Shown: piece by piece, positions 1-12,884 of the stretch
How the letters are laid out: each line of letters starts with the position of its first letter
Numbering within the stretch: the stretch's first letter is position 1
Assembly (NCBI GenBank): GCA_050084515.1
Contig: CM114271.1
Span: 40,052,001 to 40,116,000, forward strand
DNA length: 64,000 nt
Direction: 5' to 3'
From: Blasia pusilla
Lineage: Eukaryota
Notes under the pieces: generated by a model
The model's database searches: none
What the model saw: only the letters and a program-made list of their open reading frames with translations
What the model was told of the DNA's origin: nothing
Position numbers and translations under genes: made by a program

Positions 1-1829
1 CTCATGCGTGTATAGTCAAAGTGGTGGAGAGGCCCGTGCTGCAGTAGCATAATTGGCGGACTTCTATCGAACGGTGTCAGCACGCCCGATGATGTCAATT
101 CGGGATTATGACTTATCCCGAAAGAAACATGTTCCGCGTAGTCTTGCACTTAATGTGTAGCGGAAGTGCCAACCTGCTATCTTTGGTCGCTGTCGGGCGC
201 CCAAAGATAGCAGGTTGGGCAGTCGTAACTTTTGCTATCCACATTGTCTACGCATTTCAGAAAGAAAGCATATCTCCGTGGCAATCTCCACCCGCGAAAT
301 GATGAATTGTGGTATCATCCTTCACTGCCACTCTGCTAAATGGACTTGGGAACGTGGCCGACATCGCACTATGAAGCTATATCCATGAGAATGCTCCTCT
401 CGAAAAGCAAGGCCGAACTTGTGGATGATGATAGTATGCTGCGGTCGACAGCCAGCACGTAAGACCTGAAACAAGATTAAACGCCTGTTTCGTCTCTTTC
501 ATAAAATATGTTTTCTCACCAAGTTCGCAGGAAACGTTATGAATTATTATCAGAACGTTATGGGAAAGTAAAAACTGGTGGGAGATGACGATAGAGAAAA
601 TACAGAAAAGTTTTGAATCCAAAAATTATCTGTATCACTCCTTCTATTCTTGACACACCCAAAAGCAGGAAATTCCTAAGTCTGGAAAAGCCACGCAAGT
701 TATCTTGTAAATCACAAGAAGTTACATGTATGCAAACTATTTGCAAATTAGTATTAGAGAAAGTAGAAAATTCTACCTCACAAATGATGCTCGTGAAAAC
801 TGTGAAGAAATTTCTTCTACCCTGTCAGAATCTGGAAGAGGATAGTGGCCAGGATCGTCGGGAGCGGGAAGATGTGGCCAAATCATGATAACGAATTGTA
901 AACCCTTTCCGACATGTGCCGGACAAAGATTGGCAAGTCGGAGAACTGTCGGCTTGCGAAGCCGGTACACACGCTCTACACCAGCTAACCAGAGATCACC
1001 TTAACTGAATGCACTCCAGAGCCCACACCAATTCTCGTGGGATGGTGGTTCCACAAACATCTGCGCATTAAAGACGCGAGCGAGCCGATTCATCGGCCGT
1101 GAGTTGGTAAAGGTTGTACGCATGAGCAATAAAAGTGACTGCGTTGAGCCGTGTCCGTAGGAGAATTCCGCCAACACGCGTCGGAACCTAAAGACCACGA
1201 GCTGTAGTGACTCGGTAACTGGTACAAAACCACGCCTGCGTGATTGAGGGTTTCGGCAGAATCGGCACCCGGGTCATAACCATGCCTCTCGCTTTCTCTC
1301 TAGAGCAGGCTTCGTCAGCTTTGAGCGGTTCAGAGTTTCGGCGACCGGACCCCTTTGGCCAGGGTTTCGGTAACCGGATCCTATCCATGCCTCTCTGTGC
1401 GTTTCAGTGGCCACGGCGCCGCGCACAGGGTGAGAAAGAAAGTGCAGCTGCGGCAGCTACCGCGGGAAGGATACCGGTAACTGAGCGGAGTCGGTGCCGT
1501 CCCGTTTCGTGGCTGTGAAGTTACAGACCGACAGGTTTCTGTTTGTTGCAGCAGCCGACCCAATGACACGACCGACCAGAAGTCAGAGCTCACATGCGGC
1601 CATCATCGTGTGACTCATACGCTTGAGATGGTCCTTCTCCGGAGTGGGAAAAAAGGAATGATGCACTTCAATAAAAACGCATCGGTAGTACAAAAGAGGA
1701 CGACTCAAAGAGTAAAATCTGAACGCGACAACAAGACCAGAAAAGGAAGAAGGTGGCATTCCCCCCAACGACGAAACTCACCAACAGCAGTGACAATATC
1801 AGCAATAACAAGAGAACTATGACTACTAT

Positions 1830-4800
1830 TAAGTGGGCCTCTAGTTCCGGCGTTTCGCACTGCCTCTAGCTCTGGCGTTTCGCACTGCCTCTCGCGTAGG
1901 ATCTGTAACTACCACGTCCGCCACCACCACCTCAGCCTCTCGTATCATGTAAGGATCAGCTCAAATAAGGGAATCCCGCATGGAGTAGTGCCTTTCTTTG
2001 TGCACATGAAAGCCACTCTCCCGAGCAATACTGAACATGATATCCCGCACTGCATCGTGAGTGGCTATCCTCTCACCCCCCAACTGGACAGCGTGCCAAA
2101 TGCACACCAAGTGGATCCAGGCTCCGGTGACACTCACAGTGTGTCGAACCAACCACCGATGGTTGGGGGAGGCCCAAGCGGAACCGCATCGCTGTGGTAT
2201 AGGTAAGTGGTGCGATACGGAAAGCCGGGAGAAGGGGGCGCGCCCCTACCCATGAGCCTGCCCCCTTTCCGGAGCAAGAGCGAATACGGGCCCTAACCTC
2301 CAATGGGATATTCCCATCAGACATAGTGCCTCTAAAAACTGCCTCAAAGTGGGCTTCCATCAAGGAAGATTGGAGCCCAGACTGACCGGAGGTAACTAAG
2401 GAGGAGAAAGTGGGAAGAACGGCTCTGGCCTCAACTCGAAGGGAATCTCTACAAGTTGTGAGTGAAGACTGAAGTGGGAAAGAGCCATCCTCAACCTGGG
2501 AGATGTACTATAGAAGGAGCGGTCTATCTCTAACCAAAAATCGGGAGCAAAGGAGGGGTACCATTGTGGCCCAACTCCCTAAAAAAGCGGAGGGGGCCAC
2601 TAACTCGGTCAAGAGAAGACCTACTCCACCAAAAGAAATCGGCCAAGAGAAGACCTACTCCACCAAAAGAAATCGGCCAAGAGGCCTGTCTACGAGCTAA
2701 TTCCCCATGGGGCACTCTAAGGAGCCGGGTCCTAGAAGATCCCCAAACACCTACATGAGCTTTCTATCAAAGGATCTATATAGGGAAGAAATGTGACTAG
2801 ATGTCCAGACCGTTCTAGTGAGGTAACCAAGTCTACAAGCAAAACAAGAAGAGAGAATGCCAAAGGCGACTTGAGGGTCACCAATCCTCGTAAGATCATC
2901 AACGTGGAGAAGATCCTCGGTAAGAGCCGCCGCCATGAAACTCGATACAAAGTCTTGGCTCCCGAGCGGGACTCCCAAGACTCGAAGCCCTCCGACAGGT
3001 TGCAAGAACCCGTTGGGTAAATGAAGATTATCACGTAGGCGTGATGGAGACCAAGCCTTGCACTTTCCCACCTTTACCGCCAGGCCGACACGTGCCAACT
3101 GTGCTGAAAAGTGCTCGAATACAGGGACAACCAGATCTCCAGGACCAACAATATGAGTATCATCTACCAACGAAGGGAACATGCAACCCGGGAAAGTCTC
3201 CACCGTAAAAAGAACCGCTCGGTAATGAGCCAAAGCAAACAACGCGCCACCTAGAGGGTCACCCTGACGAGTCCCGGTAGTAGACTCCAAAACCGTGACC
3301 TCCTCCTCGAATCGACCATGGTGGAAATAGAGGGCCGAAGGGGCCCCATAGAAAGCCTGCACAAAGGGAATGAGGCTCGCCATGGGGCCACCCGCGTCCC
3401 TCAACTCTGTGAGTATAGTTTCTCGAGATACTGAGTTGAAGGCGTTCTCCACGTCTACTTGGAGAACCACCCACTCTGGATGTACATCTAGGCAAGCCCT
3501 CAAACCTAAGGCAACCGTCTCACATCCGATTGGCGTGGCAACTCCAAACTGATGCGGACTCAGATGTGACAAGAAAGCCTCACGGAATTGCAAAGCGAGA
3601 GTACGACTCACCAACCGCAAGAGCACCTCACCTATGGCAATCGGACGGATACCACCACCCTCCTTTGACAACGCCAAAAGTCACCCCGCCCCTAATACTT
3701 GGGCCACTATTGTTGGCACTCTCCCTTGAGCTAGGTGAGAGGCAACCTGAAGCAACTCGGAGAAGCCGCTAGCGGTGTCCTCGGAAGGAAAGCAATCACG
3801 AAGGTGTTCGTACATCATACCAGACAAACCTCCGACCGCAATCCTCGGAGAACGTCCGAGTGCCCGTGCAAAGAGGGACGGGTCAAGGCATAGAGTCGTG
3901 TCAGGATGGAAGTCACGTGCAAAAGCTGGAATGTCAACCGCTGGACGAGGATGTAGCCTCCGGAGGGCATCGATGGTAACAGCTGAAGAGGAGCCATGTC
4001 CATTGGGCGAAGAGCACGTACAGCTCGCGAGTACTCACATGCTCGTCCAAGTGTCCTACATCGTCGCAACCTGGCTGCTACAAGATCGTCCGCCTGCCAC
4101 AAACTCACTCTACAGAGACTCCCAATCACCTCCTCGAAAGCATCTCAGACGTGCCACAACCTCTCTATGACCGGCCTTCCCTCCCCGAGTGTAACAAAGA
4201 CACCATCGTGGAAGGAGAAGTAGTAGGTACCAAGAGAGCTCATCCATAGGATCAAGAGCGATCCTAGCTAGGGCAAGGAGGAATGCATGGCGGAGGTCAT
4301 CCCGAATAGCATGGGGGATCCTATGGAACAACCTCGGGCAGGGAAAACGGGTCTCGAAGAGACCTATAATGCTGCCCTGGTGGGACCTCAACCACTCCCA
4401 TGCCTCAAGAGGGGGCGATGATGCGGGAAGCACTGGAGAGCATCCATGGTCAACAGGAGGGACCACCCATCCAAATTTATCAAAGTCAGGATGTTTAGCC
4501 GCTAAGTGGTTCCAAATTCCTGAACAAGTGAAGAATTCGGGACAACATGGGCATTTAGTATCCCGACTAGATGACCCACGGGTCCCCACACGGGGAGCCC
4601 ATGCGGGTCGAGGCATGGATGCAACTCACCAAGAAGAGGACATGGCCCCCTCCAACAAAATCGTGCGACAATCCCCTGCCAAAAATAGTCCTATCATCCC
4701 CATTCGAACAAGCGGTCCTGGCAAACAACTTTCTTCCCGTCCACGATAATGCTCCCTCTAACATAAACTCTCACCTACCGACATCACCTAGGACTTCTAG

Positions 4801-5050
4801 TCCCAACCCCCTCCCAAAAATGAACTCACGAATACCTAGAGTTGCTAAGAGTGTGAAAAGATCATGGGCCAATCGAGATAAAATAGATGAGAAGAAAGGT
4901 GTATCTACGGGAGGGGTAACAAATACAAACGTGAATCGAACCAAAATGAGAAGCAAATATGACAAACAAGGAAGGACTTGGGAAAGGAGGGGAAGGGTGG
5001 GTGAATAGAGGACGTTACCTTGGGAAATTTCTCCAAATGACAATAAGCAA
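1830..5050 (-). mobile_element. CRE-like (RLE-encoding, R2-group) non-LTR retrotransposon, degraded
   Basis: Minus-strand fragments, 5' to 3': C2H2 finger (CPCC...HLAAKH, ORF 4110-4616); RT (ORF 2751-3677); GAGSW/RFRLGLP region; CxC...HxxxC knuckle with THDAVRD; then, past a TGA at 1961-1963, ADPYM...VADVVVTDPT (PD..D nuclease-like). Boundaries are approximate. Confidence 0.85.
2751..3677 (-). pseudogene. Reverse transcriptase domain of the CRE-like element
   Basis: IRPIAIGEVLLRLV, QFGV, VDVENAFNSVSR, GTRQGDPLG and LVDD motifs. Neighbouring segments are broken by stops, frameshifts and a 34-bp tandem duplication at 2610-2677. Confidence 0.9.
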
Positions 5051-5463
5051 AGCCCTAATACTCACATGTGGAACCCTAATATGAACCGAATTCTAAAAAG
5101 ATGAATAAAAATAAAAATACTTCACGCCATGCATCAAGGTCTGGATCAAAACGAAGCCCTCGTCACACTCTTCATTTCGATATGTACCACGTCCCCTCTC
5201 TTCCCCGCCACCCACTGTTCTCCCTCCCGCCGTCCCCGTCCATGCCTCCCACCGTCCATCGGTCCATATCGCCCGTCGAGTGACCCTTCCAACCAGAGGG
5301 GAGAGTTTGTGACCACAAGATTTTCTCATGTGTACGGATGTGCAAGCCTCCTCTCCGCGATGTCAAGCTCCCACAAAAGTTCGGAAGCCCTCGCCGAATG
5401 CGGGATGGGAATGATGGCTCACCGCACCGTGTTAGAGAACTCGCACAACAACTTCATACATTA

Positions 5464-6089
5464 GGGCGTCTCAAATTTCTGTCCGTAGTGTTAGAGAACT
5501 CACACAACAACTTCATACATTAGGGCGTCTCCAGTTTCTGTCCGTAGGTCTGGACGTTTTGTCCCCATTTTTTTTTGGCGTTACGACAAGTCAAGTGCTG
5601 GGTGTCGAAAGAGGTAGACGTTTGCCTCTTACGGCCAGACGTAAGGGCATGTTCCCCAAAAAATATGGAAACTAATAAAATGAGATACCCTATGACGTAA
5701 AAGAGTACCATACTTCTTTGGGTACTCTTTTACGTTGAATATCATGAGAGATGTCCGAGGATTTATGTCCCGCTATTTGAGACGCCCTATTCGGGCGTCT
5801 CAAATAGCGGGACATAAATCCTCCATATTTCTATCCGTACATTTGGGCGTCTTGTCCGTATTTTTTGTATGGCCTTACGGTAGGTCAAGTGCCAGGTGCC
5901 GAAAGAGGTAGACGTTTGCATCTTATGGCGAGATGTAGAGGCATGTTCCCCGTCTCTTTACTTCATATCACGCGAAAAATATGGAACCTAAAAAAATGAG
6001 ATACCCTCTGACATAAGAGAGTGTTGTCCTTTAATGGCCAATATCCTAAGAGACATCCGGGGACTTATGTCTCGCTATTTGAGACTCCT
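5464..6089. mobile_element. Tandem dimer of a ~290-bp MITE, probably Tourist/PIF-Harbinger-like
   Basis: Two similar units (5523-5787 and 5793-6089) with ~30-bp TIR GGGCGTCTCAAATAGCGGGACATAAATCCTC and TTA before the left end. A ~60-bp tandem duplication (~5428-5547) spans the left junction. Confidence 0.65.
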
Positions 6090-7199
6090 TATTGACTAGT
6101 CGAACCATACTCGTCCTAGAGTTTAGCCCATAGCCAAAGCAAAAATAAATGACCCTCCACCTCGATGGACGGAACAATGGGTTGGCATATCTTCACCGAA
6201 TTATCTAGTTAGCACCAAATTCACATGCTTACATCGGCCACCAAAATGATCAAGGAGCAACTTAGTTACCCTTTGCTAGGTTAGTTAACTAAGAAACTTT
6301 CAAAAATATCAACCTTTGAGAGGGGTGGGGGGAGAAAGTGATTAATATGCACATGTAGAAGACTCGTGGATGACCTAGATGACGATCTATGGGGGTCATA
6401 AATAAGATGAGAAGTTAGCGACTAGTGAAGAGACGTGATTGTTTATAGAAGTAGTGAAAATATGAGTAGTTAGGGTAGGGTTTAGGGCTGGTATTCTGGC
6501 AGGAGAGAGGAAGAGAGGAGAGGAAGAGAGGAAGAGAGGAGAGTCTCTCTTCAAAAAAAAAGGGCAAATCCGCCTCCTCTCTTCAAAATTTTTTGACATA
6601 TTTGAAATTTTTGTTTGCTTTCAAATTCATGAAATCTTTAGAAGAGAGTAGGTAGTGGTCCATATTCGGGCCTTAAGAAACCTCCTTTTTCTAGGGGGCG
6701 AAAAACAAGTAGACATCATAAGACCACTACAAACATTTTTCCATCACTCTCCATGTGAGCCTTAGTTTCTTCACATTGCATGTCTCAGTCTACAGTAAGC
6801 TGTGCCCAGGGGTATTTTTGTTGGAGGACTATTGGCAAATAATTTGACCAGAAGTAGCAATCTCATCTCAATGAAAGGTTCAAATAAAGACCAACTTTGT
6901 GAAATGTGAACAGAGGAGACAAGAATTGAACCAAAAGATTGTTAGATGTCTGGAGTCAAGAGAAACTGATATCCCTTCATTTAGATCCTAAATCTGATAA
7001 ACCGAGATGCTGCACCCCTCCCAACCCGTCGGAATTTTACAGGTTCCAACTCTTGCAACCCATCGGAATCAGATGGCTTGCACCCCTTGCAAGCAAGCTC
7101 ACCATAACAAAGGAAAGATTTTGAGAAGTGATTCCATTCCACCCTGCACCCACAAAAATTCAAGTGTTTGGGAATCCGAAATGGCAATCCGACAGGTTA

Positions 7200-8298
7200 T
7201 AGGAATCCATCACGTCTTAGAGAAGAAAAGAAGCCTAAGACTGGTTTGACGATACTAGGGGAAGGAGCCAAAAGTGAAGAAGCCCACCACAATGGTCTAC
7301 CAGGGAAAGAGTCCGACCACTCAAGCAGCTAACCTGTCGAAATCCGACAGCTTGCTTGGAAATGGTGGAAAAGTTGCAATGGTCAAAAAGTGAAAAGTTG
7401 CAACCCATCGGAATCACACGGGTTGCAAAATAAACATTCTGAGTAGCTAGACAAACACAATCCACAAGTCCAAAAAAATTTCAGCAAACTTTTACAAACA
7501 CCATTATCAGTTGAAAAAATCTCATCCTTTATTACCTCCGAAGGAACCTCGGAAATGTACATTTTATCTAGTCTATGATTTCTTCAGCCTCGTCATCTAC
7601 AAATTTACTCCTAACTCTCCTAGGTTCCTGTACAAAAGGAATGTCCTGGGATACAAGTGGCTCCTCTGGCCAATTGTAGACGGGGATCGAAAATGTTGGC
7701 GAATTCGAGAGCCTTGGCCCCCCCTTAGGTACACCATAACGGTCCCATGTAACCTGATTTGAGTCCCACCGCCTTCCTCGGCAATAAATCTTGTACGCTC
7801 TACAATGTGACACCCATCCAATATCAATATGTGCTCCGTCCTTGGAAATACCATGATGGCAATCCCACAGGTAGTAGGAATCCAACACGTCTGAGAGAAG
7901 AGAAGAAGCCTACGCCTTGTTTGACAATACTAGGGGAAGGTGCCAAAGTGAAGAAGCCCGGCAGAATTCCTCTTAAGTTGGACCAACAGGGAAAAAGTCT
8001 GATCACTCACACAGCCAACCTGTCGGAATCCGACAGGTTGCCTGGAAGTGGTTAAAAAGGTGCAGTGGTCAAAAAGTGAAAAGTTGCAAGCCGTGGAAAT
8101 CCGACAAGTTGCAAAATAGAAGTCCTCGGAGTACATAGACGATCACATTCAAAAAGACATAAAAGATATTCAGCAAACTTTTAGAAACACCACAATCGTT
8201 TGCAAAAATCTTGTCCTTTATTACATCCGAAAGAAGCTCGGAACTGTACATTTCATCTATTCTATGAATTCTCTTGCCCTCGTTATCAAATAAACCCC
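7200..8298. repeat. Diverged ~410-bp direct repeat (7200-7610 and 7876-8298), each copy with two 27-bp palindromes
   Basis: Both copies run from AGGAATCCA..CACGTCT.AGAGAAGA to GTACATTT.ATCTA.TCTATGA. Palindromes start at 7329 and 7400, and at 8015 and 8086. Confidence 0.85.
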
Positions 8299-8343
8299 TA
8301 CTCCAAACGCTGCAGTGAAGCTGGGTCCTTGAGTTCTTTGAAA

Positions 8344-11300
8344 TCACTCGTCATCGTCCGAGAGCTCTTGCAAAATTACTGTCGGCCTTGCCCTCTCGAT
8401 TTTCAAAATCGTGGGAAGTGACGATGGTGTCACTACCAATGGTGGGTTTGGAACCAGAGCTCTCGGCTTTGGAGGAGAGTTGTACGCCCCAACTAGCCTG
8501 TCGTAATGTGCCTTTGCCTCCTTGCAAAGGTCAAACAGTTGCTGCCTTCCCTCAAGGCAGAGAATGTTCCTGCCACTCTGCTAGGCGCCTTTGATACTCA
8601 CCCCTGAAAGGCCCACTAAGTCGAACACCAAGTCACCTGGCCTTGAGCAGAGCTCAATGAGCGTTTGCATCAGGGCTGGCGACTTTTCCCTTCCTCCAAG
8701 TAGTGGGGTACCGTCTTGCATGAAAATTCCCGGGGGGGAATTGTATAAACTATCTAAGCTGTACCCATCGAAGCATGGATCCACAGGATCCAAGATCTTA
8801 AACACCTTGAAGTTTTGCTCGGGCCGAACGAAGCAGTAAACATAGGAGTGGTCCATCTATAAAGAAGCACGTTGGAAACAATGTCATCAACTTGGCCACT
8901 GGTGTACTCTCAGTATGGTGACATAATGTGCAACACGTCCCCAAAGAACTTCGCTTAACCCCAGAGAACTTCTTTATAATACCAACATTGGAGCAACCTG
9001 TTGGAGAAATACAATCTGGAGACAGGAATAGAGCCTTACCCGAATTTGACTCGTCGCGGATCGGAGTGGGTACTTGTTCTTCATGATCCACGATTGCGCC
9101 GTCCCCCACTTCATCAACCTCTTGACGCACTGGAGGTTGAAAAGCTCGTCCTCGCTCCCTCCAGTCAAAACTAAGAAACAACCCCTTTCACTGAGTTAAG
9201 CGTCTGCAAAGGAAAACAGGAGCGCGATCTGGTCATAAGAAAGGGGGACATTCCAGTCTGAGACTCCGTCGGACGGATTCTCGTCCCACAAGCGCAACCC
9301 CGAGGGCAAATCAGCGATCAAGAGATCCACTGCCACCTCTTCAACCACCCCATGGAACGTCCAAGGAGCGTGCCCGTTTTTTGAAGCTTCCGTCCCAACG
9401 TTGTCAATTTCTCGATGGCGGGTGTTGACGCTTGGGAACTGAAACTTTTCAGCTCATCTAGTAGATTCGTGAAGTGAAGGATGACGCTTGTCTGGGTCGT
9501 TGTTTCTCTATGTCTTCCCAAGGATGATGGACTGTATTCCATATCCTGGTCTGCTCCTTGGGACAACCCTGGCGCCTCTCGCTTTCGCTTCTCCCGAGTC
9601 TGCAGTCGGCTTGTTGGGGTCTCTATGACCTCAGATTTTGGTGGGGTTTTTTTTTGCGAAGGACCTGGTCCGACCCTCTCTCCCCGCTCACCCGGACGAT
9701 TCTGGCTCTCGCCTTGAATCTTCATCCTCTCTTTGGGAAGACTCGGCCTCGGAATTCTTCGATCCCCTTCGATCTTAGATTTGTCTTTGGCTGTGTGGAC
9801 CTTGGAAGCCAACTCCGTTGTCTCGAGGGCTTGCTCTTCCGCATCTCCTTCGAAAAAGTCTTCAGGTTGCACAAAATTGGGGATGTCGTCCCTACCTACG
9901 GCCACTGCATCATAAAGCACACGTAGATCTTTCTCGGTTATGTCCTCAGGGTTGTTGAAGTCCAGCCAAATTGGGCAATTCTCCACCTCCCAATCGGACA
10001 TGCTCTGAGTCATCTCTGTGACGTACATGGAAAATGTCTCTCCATCAGGCGGAGAAGCCCACAATTTACAGGCTGCCGGTATTTTTTTAGGTACCTACAT
10101 TCTTACAATGGATGAGGTACTTGAACACCATGTGTTGGGCAGCTCTTAGTCGAACTGCATCGGCCGCCTGCTCCTGAAGATCTCGCTTCTTCTTTGCGAA
10201 ATCCCTTTTTTTCGCCTCAATTTCTTTGTCAAGGTCTGCATGAGGGAGGATGCAATCCTTGAACATCGTCTTGAAACCTGGGTTTTTGATGGGCTTGTCC
10301 CGGATGTTATCGAGCCAAAGTTTGAAATCATCAGCACTCTCCAGGTTTGCTTCCTCCGGAAGTGGCTCTATTCTTTTCAGCTCCGCTTGGAGACCGTCGA
10401 GCATGGACTTCCCGATAAGCCGCAACGCGTCCCAGAATGACCATTCGCGGAGCCACTGGGAGATCACTGGATGAGAGATTACCCGGAGGATGGTGTGCCG
10501 CCCTCTTTTGGGCCTATGTGCCCTCGAGACTGATTTTCATCACTCGTATTCTCCTAAATTTGCTTATTCCAGACAAGGCAAATGGATGCACGCGATCGAG
10601 AGACACTTTCTCCCCAATCCGACCTTGCGGATCTTCATCCCTTTTCCGCTGGCGCTTGATTATCGGCTTCAGCTCCTTGTAGAAACCAGGACCAAGTTCG
10701 GGGTTGAGAATGGCGATGTAGCGCTGCATCTTGCTTGCCGTGTACCTCGTAGCTGCAGATATTGCAGCTTGGATGAATTTTGCAGGCTCAGACATAGACA
10801 CTTTCTCCCTCCGCTCCAGCTCCAATGCAGCGCTCTTCTTGGCGGCCTGTATCTTCGACCAGCAAAGGATTGTGACGGCTGCATCTTGGGAAATAAATTT
10901 AGTTGCCCAAGTCTTCTTTTTGATTTGTGCACCCTTTTCCAGCATCTCATTTACAAGGGCGTCGCCGAGAACCCCTTGTACTCTACCGGGTGCGTTGTTA
11001 GCACTTTCTTCACCCAATCGCAATCCTGGATCCAGTGGTGGGTGACATTCCCCTCCGATACAATCCTGCACATCCAAACTCAATATAAGAAATTTTGTAA
11101 AGTACATGGGTTCTTGCAACCCGTCAGACTCCGACAGGTCATCACAGCTCAAGGTCGGATTGTAGCAACGAGCTAAATTTTGCAACCCATCGGAGTCCGA
11201 CAGATTGCATTCAGATTTGTGATTGCCTGGTTTCAACCCGTCGGACTCCGACGGGTTGTCAGATAGTCCGTATTTACATAGTCCGTATTTACATAGTGCA

Positions 11301-12529
11301 ATCCATAGAGAAAATGGATTGCATGGCCATCTCCACCGTCGCCATGTGATGAGGGTATGGATGAAGCGCCACTGCCTTCACGCAAAAATGTGCCTCCAAG
11401 GAGTTTGGGCGCTCCTCTGCAAACTGTGTCCACGCCATGAACTTGTGATTTCCATCCCAGATGAAGAAATACAGGCTCCTCATCCAGCTGAATTCCGTCC
11501 CCTCTATTGCCCTTCTGAATTCGTGATCTCTCATCCTCTAGAATGTGTCGAGGGATTCCAAGTCCTCCTCCGTAATGAGCGCTTGGGTTCCATGGTAATC
11601 GTAAGGCTGAACATAGAACGGAGTAAAGCTGTCAACGTAGGATGTTGTCGCCGCTGATTGTTTGAGCTTCGCAATATCTTCGTCAGATTGAATCTCGCGG
11701 ACGTACTCAATTGTCCGCAATCGGCAGAGTGGAATTCTCGGGGCGTTGTGGCCCTCCATCAGTGCCATCTGCTTTACCACCTATCACAATGGGGACAAGA
11801 TCAATAAGCTACACTGAATTGCCAATGAATTGCAACATGGGCCTTCACATAATTCAAAAAACAGAGAACCTCTCTTACCCGCTCGAAGATTGGGTCGGTG
11901 TCTTGGCCAGCTAACTGCTCTGAGACAGCAGCTGGCAAGTCCACTGGAAACTCGTTGATCCGATAGAGGTCGATTTCTTCCGCCGGGCTTAGAGACAAGG
12001 ATGACCGCTCTCCAGCTTCTTCAGCGATGTCCACCATCTCCACGCTGGCGGTCCTCATGACCTTATCATCCGTGACTTGAACTTCGGCCGTTTCCGCTAT
12101 ATTGATTGTGTCCCCGGACTTCATCGGGGACATTTCCCGCATCTCAACACTTTCGGTTGGACGGGCAGGGCTTTCTTCGATGGCTATTGCTTTTTCCCTC
12201 CGAGCTTTAGCCAATTCTGCTCTCCTCACCGACGCGTCCAGACGCTTCTTTTCTCGCTTTTCTTTGTCGACCCTTTTCTTCAAGGCCTGTGACGCCTCAG
12301 CTTCTGCGTTCTGTTTATCGACCGCCTCCTGTACACCTTTTGCAACAATCTCCTGCTTGTGCATCTCCGCTGCCCTTTCCCGCTCCTCGATTTCTTGTTG
12401 GCTTATCTCATTGGCCCAACGAGGCCCTGGAGATGGTGACGCATGAGTCCTCATAGACTTGGGAGTGAAGCTCCCAGCCTTGTTTGCTTGAGATTTTTTC
12501 CTCGACATTTTTCCCGGAAATAACTCCAC
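8344..12529 (-). pseudogene. Multi-exon gene: charged N-terminus + ParB/Srx-like domain + helical/low-complexity linker + beta-class N4C/N6A DNA methyltransferase-like domain; lightly degraded
   Basis: ParB-like: IPLCRLRTIEYVREI..DIAKLKQS...FFIWDGNHKFMAW (11780-11300). MTase-like: VDLLIADLPSG (~9330-9298, motif IV position), FADA*LSERGCFLVL, HSYVYCFVRP, EKSPALMQTLIELCSRPGDLVFDLVGLSG..GA*QSGRNILCLE (motif X/I/II region). Phase-0 GT-AG introns fit at 11781-11878 and 8857-9039. Several in-frame stops and frameshifts. Confidence 0.72.
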
Positions 12530-12787
12530 CTATGTGCACGATGAATCCCTTGATGATTCGCCTTGCTGATGTTGAGATGAGTCGCCTTGATGGGTAGCTC
12601 AAACCGTCTTGCGATCGTTCGCTCGAATTGTCTCGCAATCATTTGCTCGTATCGTCTCGTGATCGTTCGCTCGAAATGGTCTCGCGATGAGTCGCTGTGT
12701 AAAGCGCCCCTTGGTATCTGGTCAGCTGCTGCGCGGGAGAGCAATTGAGATCGCGAAATAAAAAACCAGAAATGAGCGATTTCTCCC

Positions 12788-12796
12788 CTATTTATA
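12788..12796 (-). promoter_or_regulatory. Putative TATA box of the ParB/MTase-like gene
   Basis: TATAAATAG on the minus strand, ~260 bp upstream of the ORF start and immediately left of the palindrome array. Confidence 0.45.
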
Positions 12797-12884
12797 CTTT
12801 TCGAGCCATTGGGCTAACCGTTGGGTCGCATGGTCCTTTCGATGGCGATGTGTCGGCCGTTACGGAAGTCTGGACGTGAAAACA

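Noticed and set aside
1-1800. Possible host gene 5' region or exons
   Set aside because: Short open frames and a GC-rich patch, but no recognisable domain or consistent splice model.
6470-6487. Telomere-like TTTAGGG (also near 49090)
   Set aside because: Only one or two units; compatible with chance or telo-boxes.
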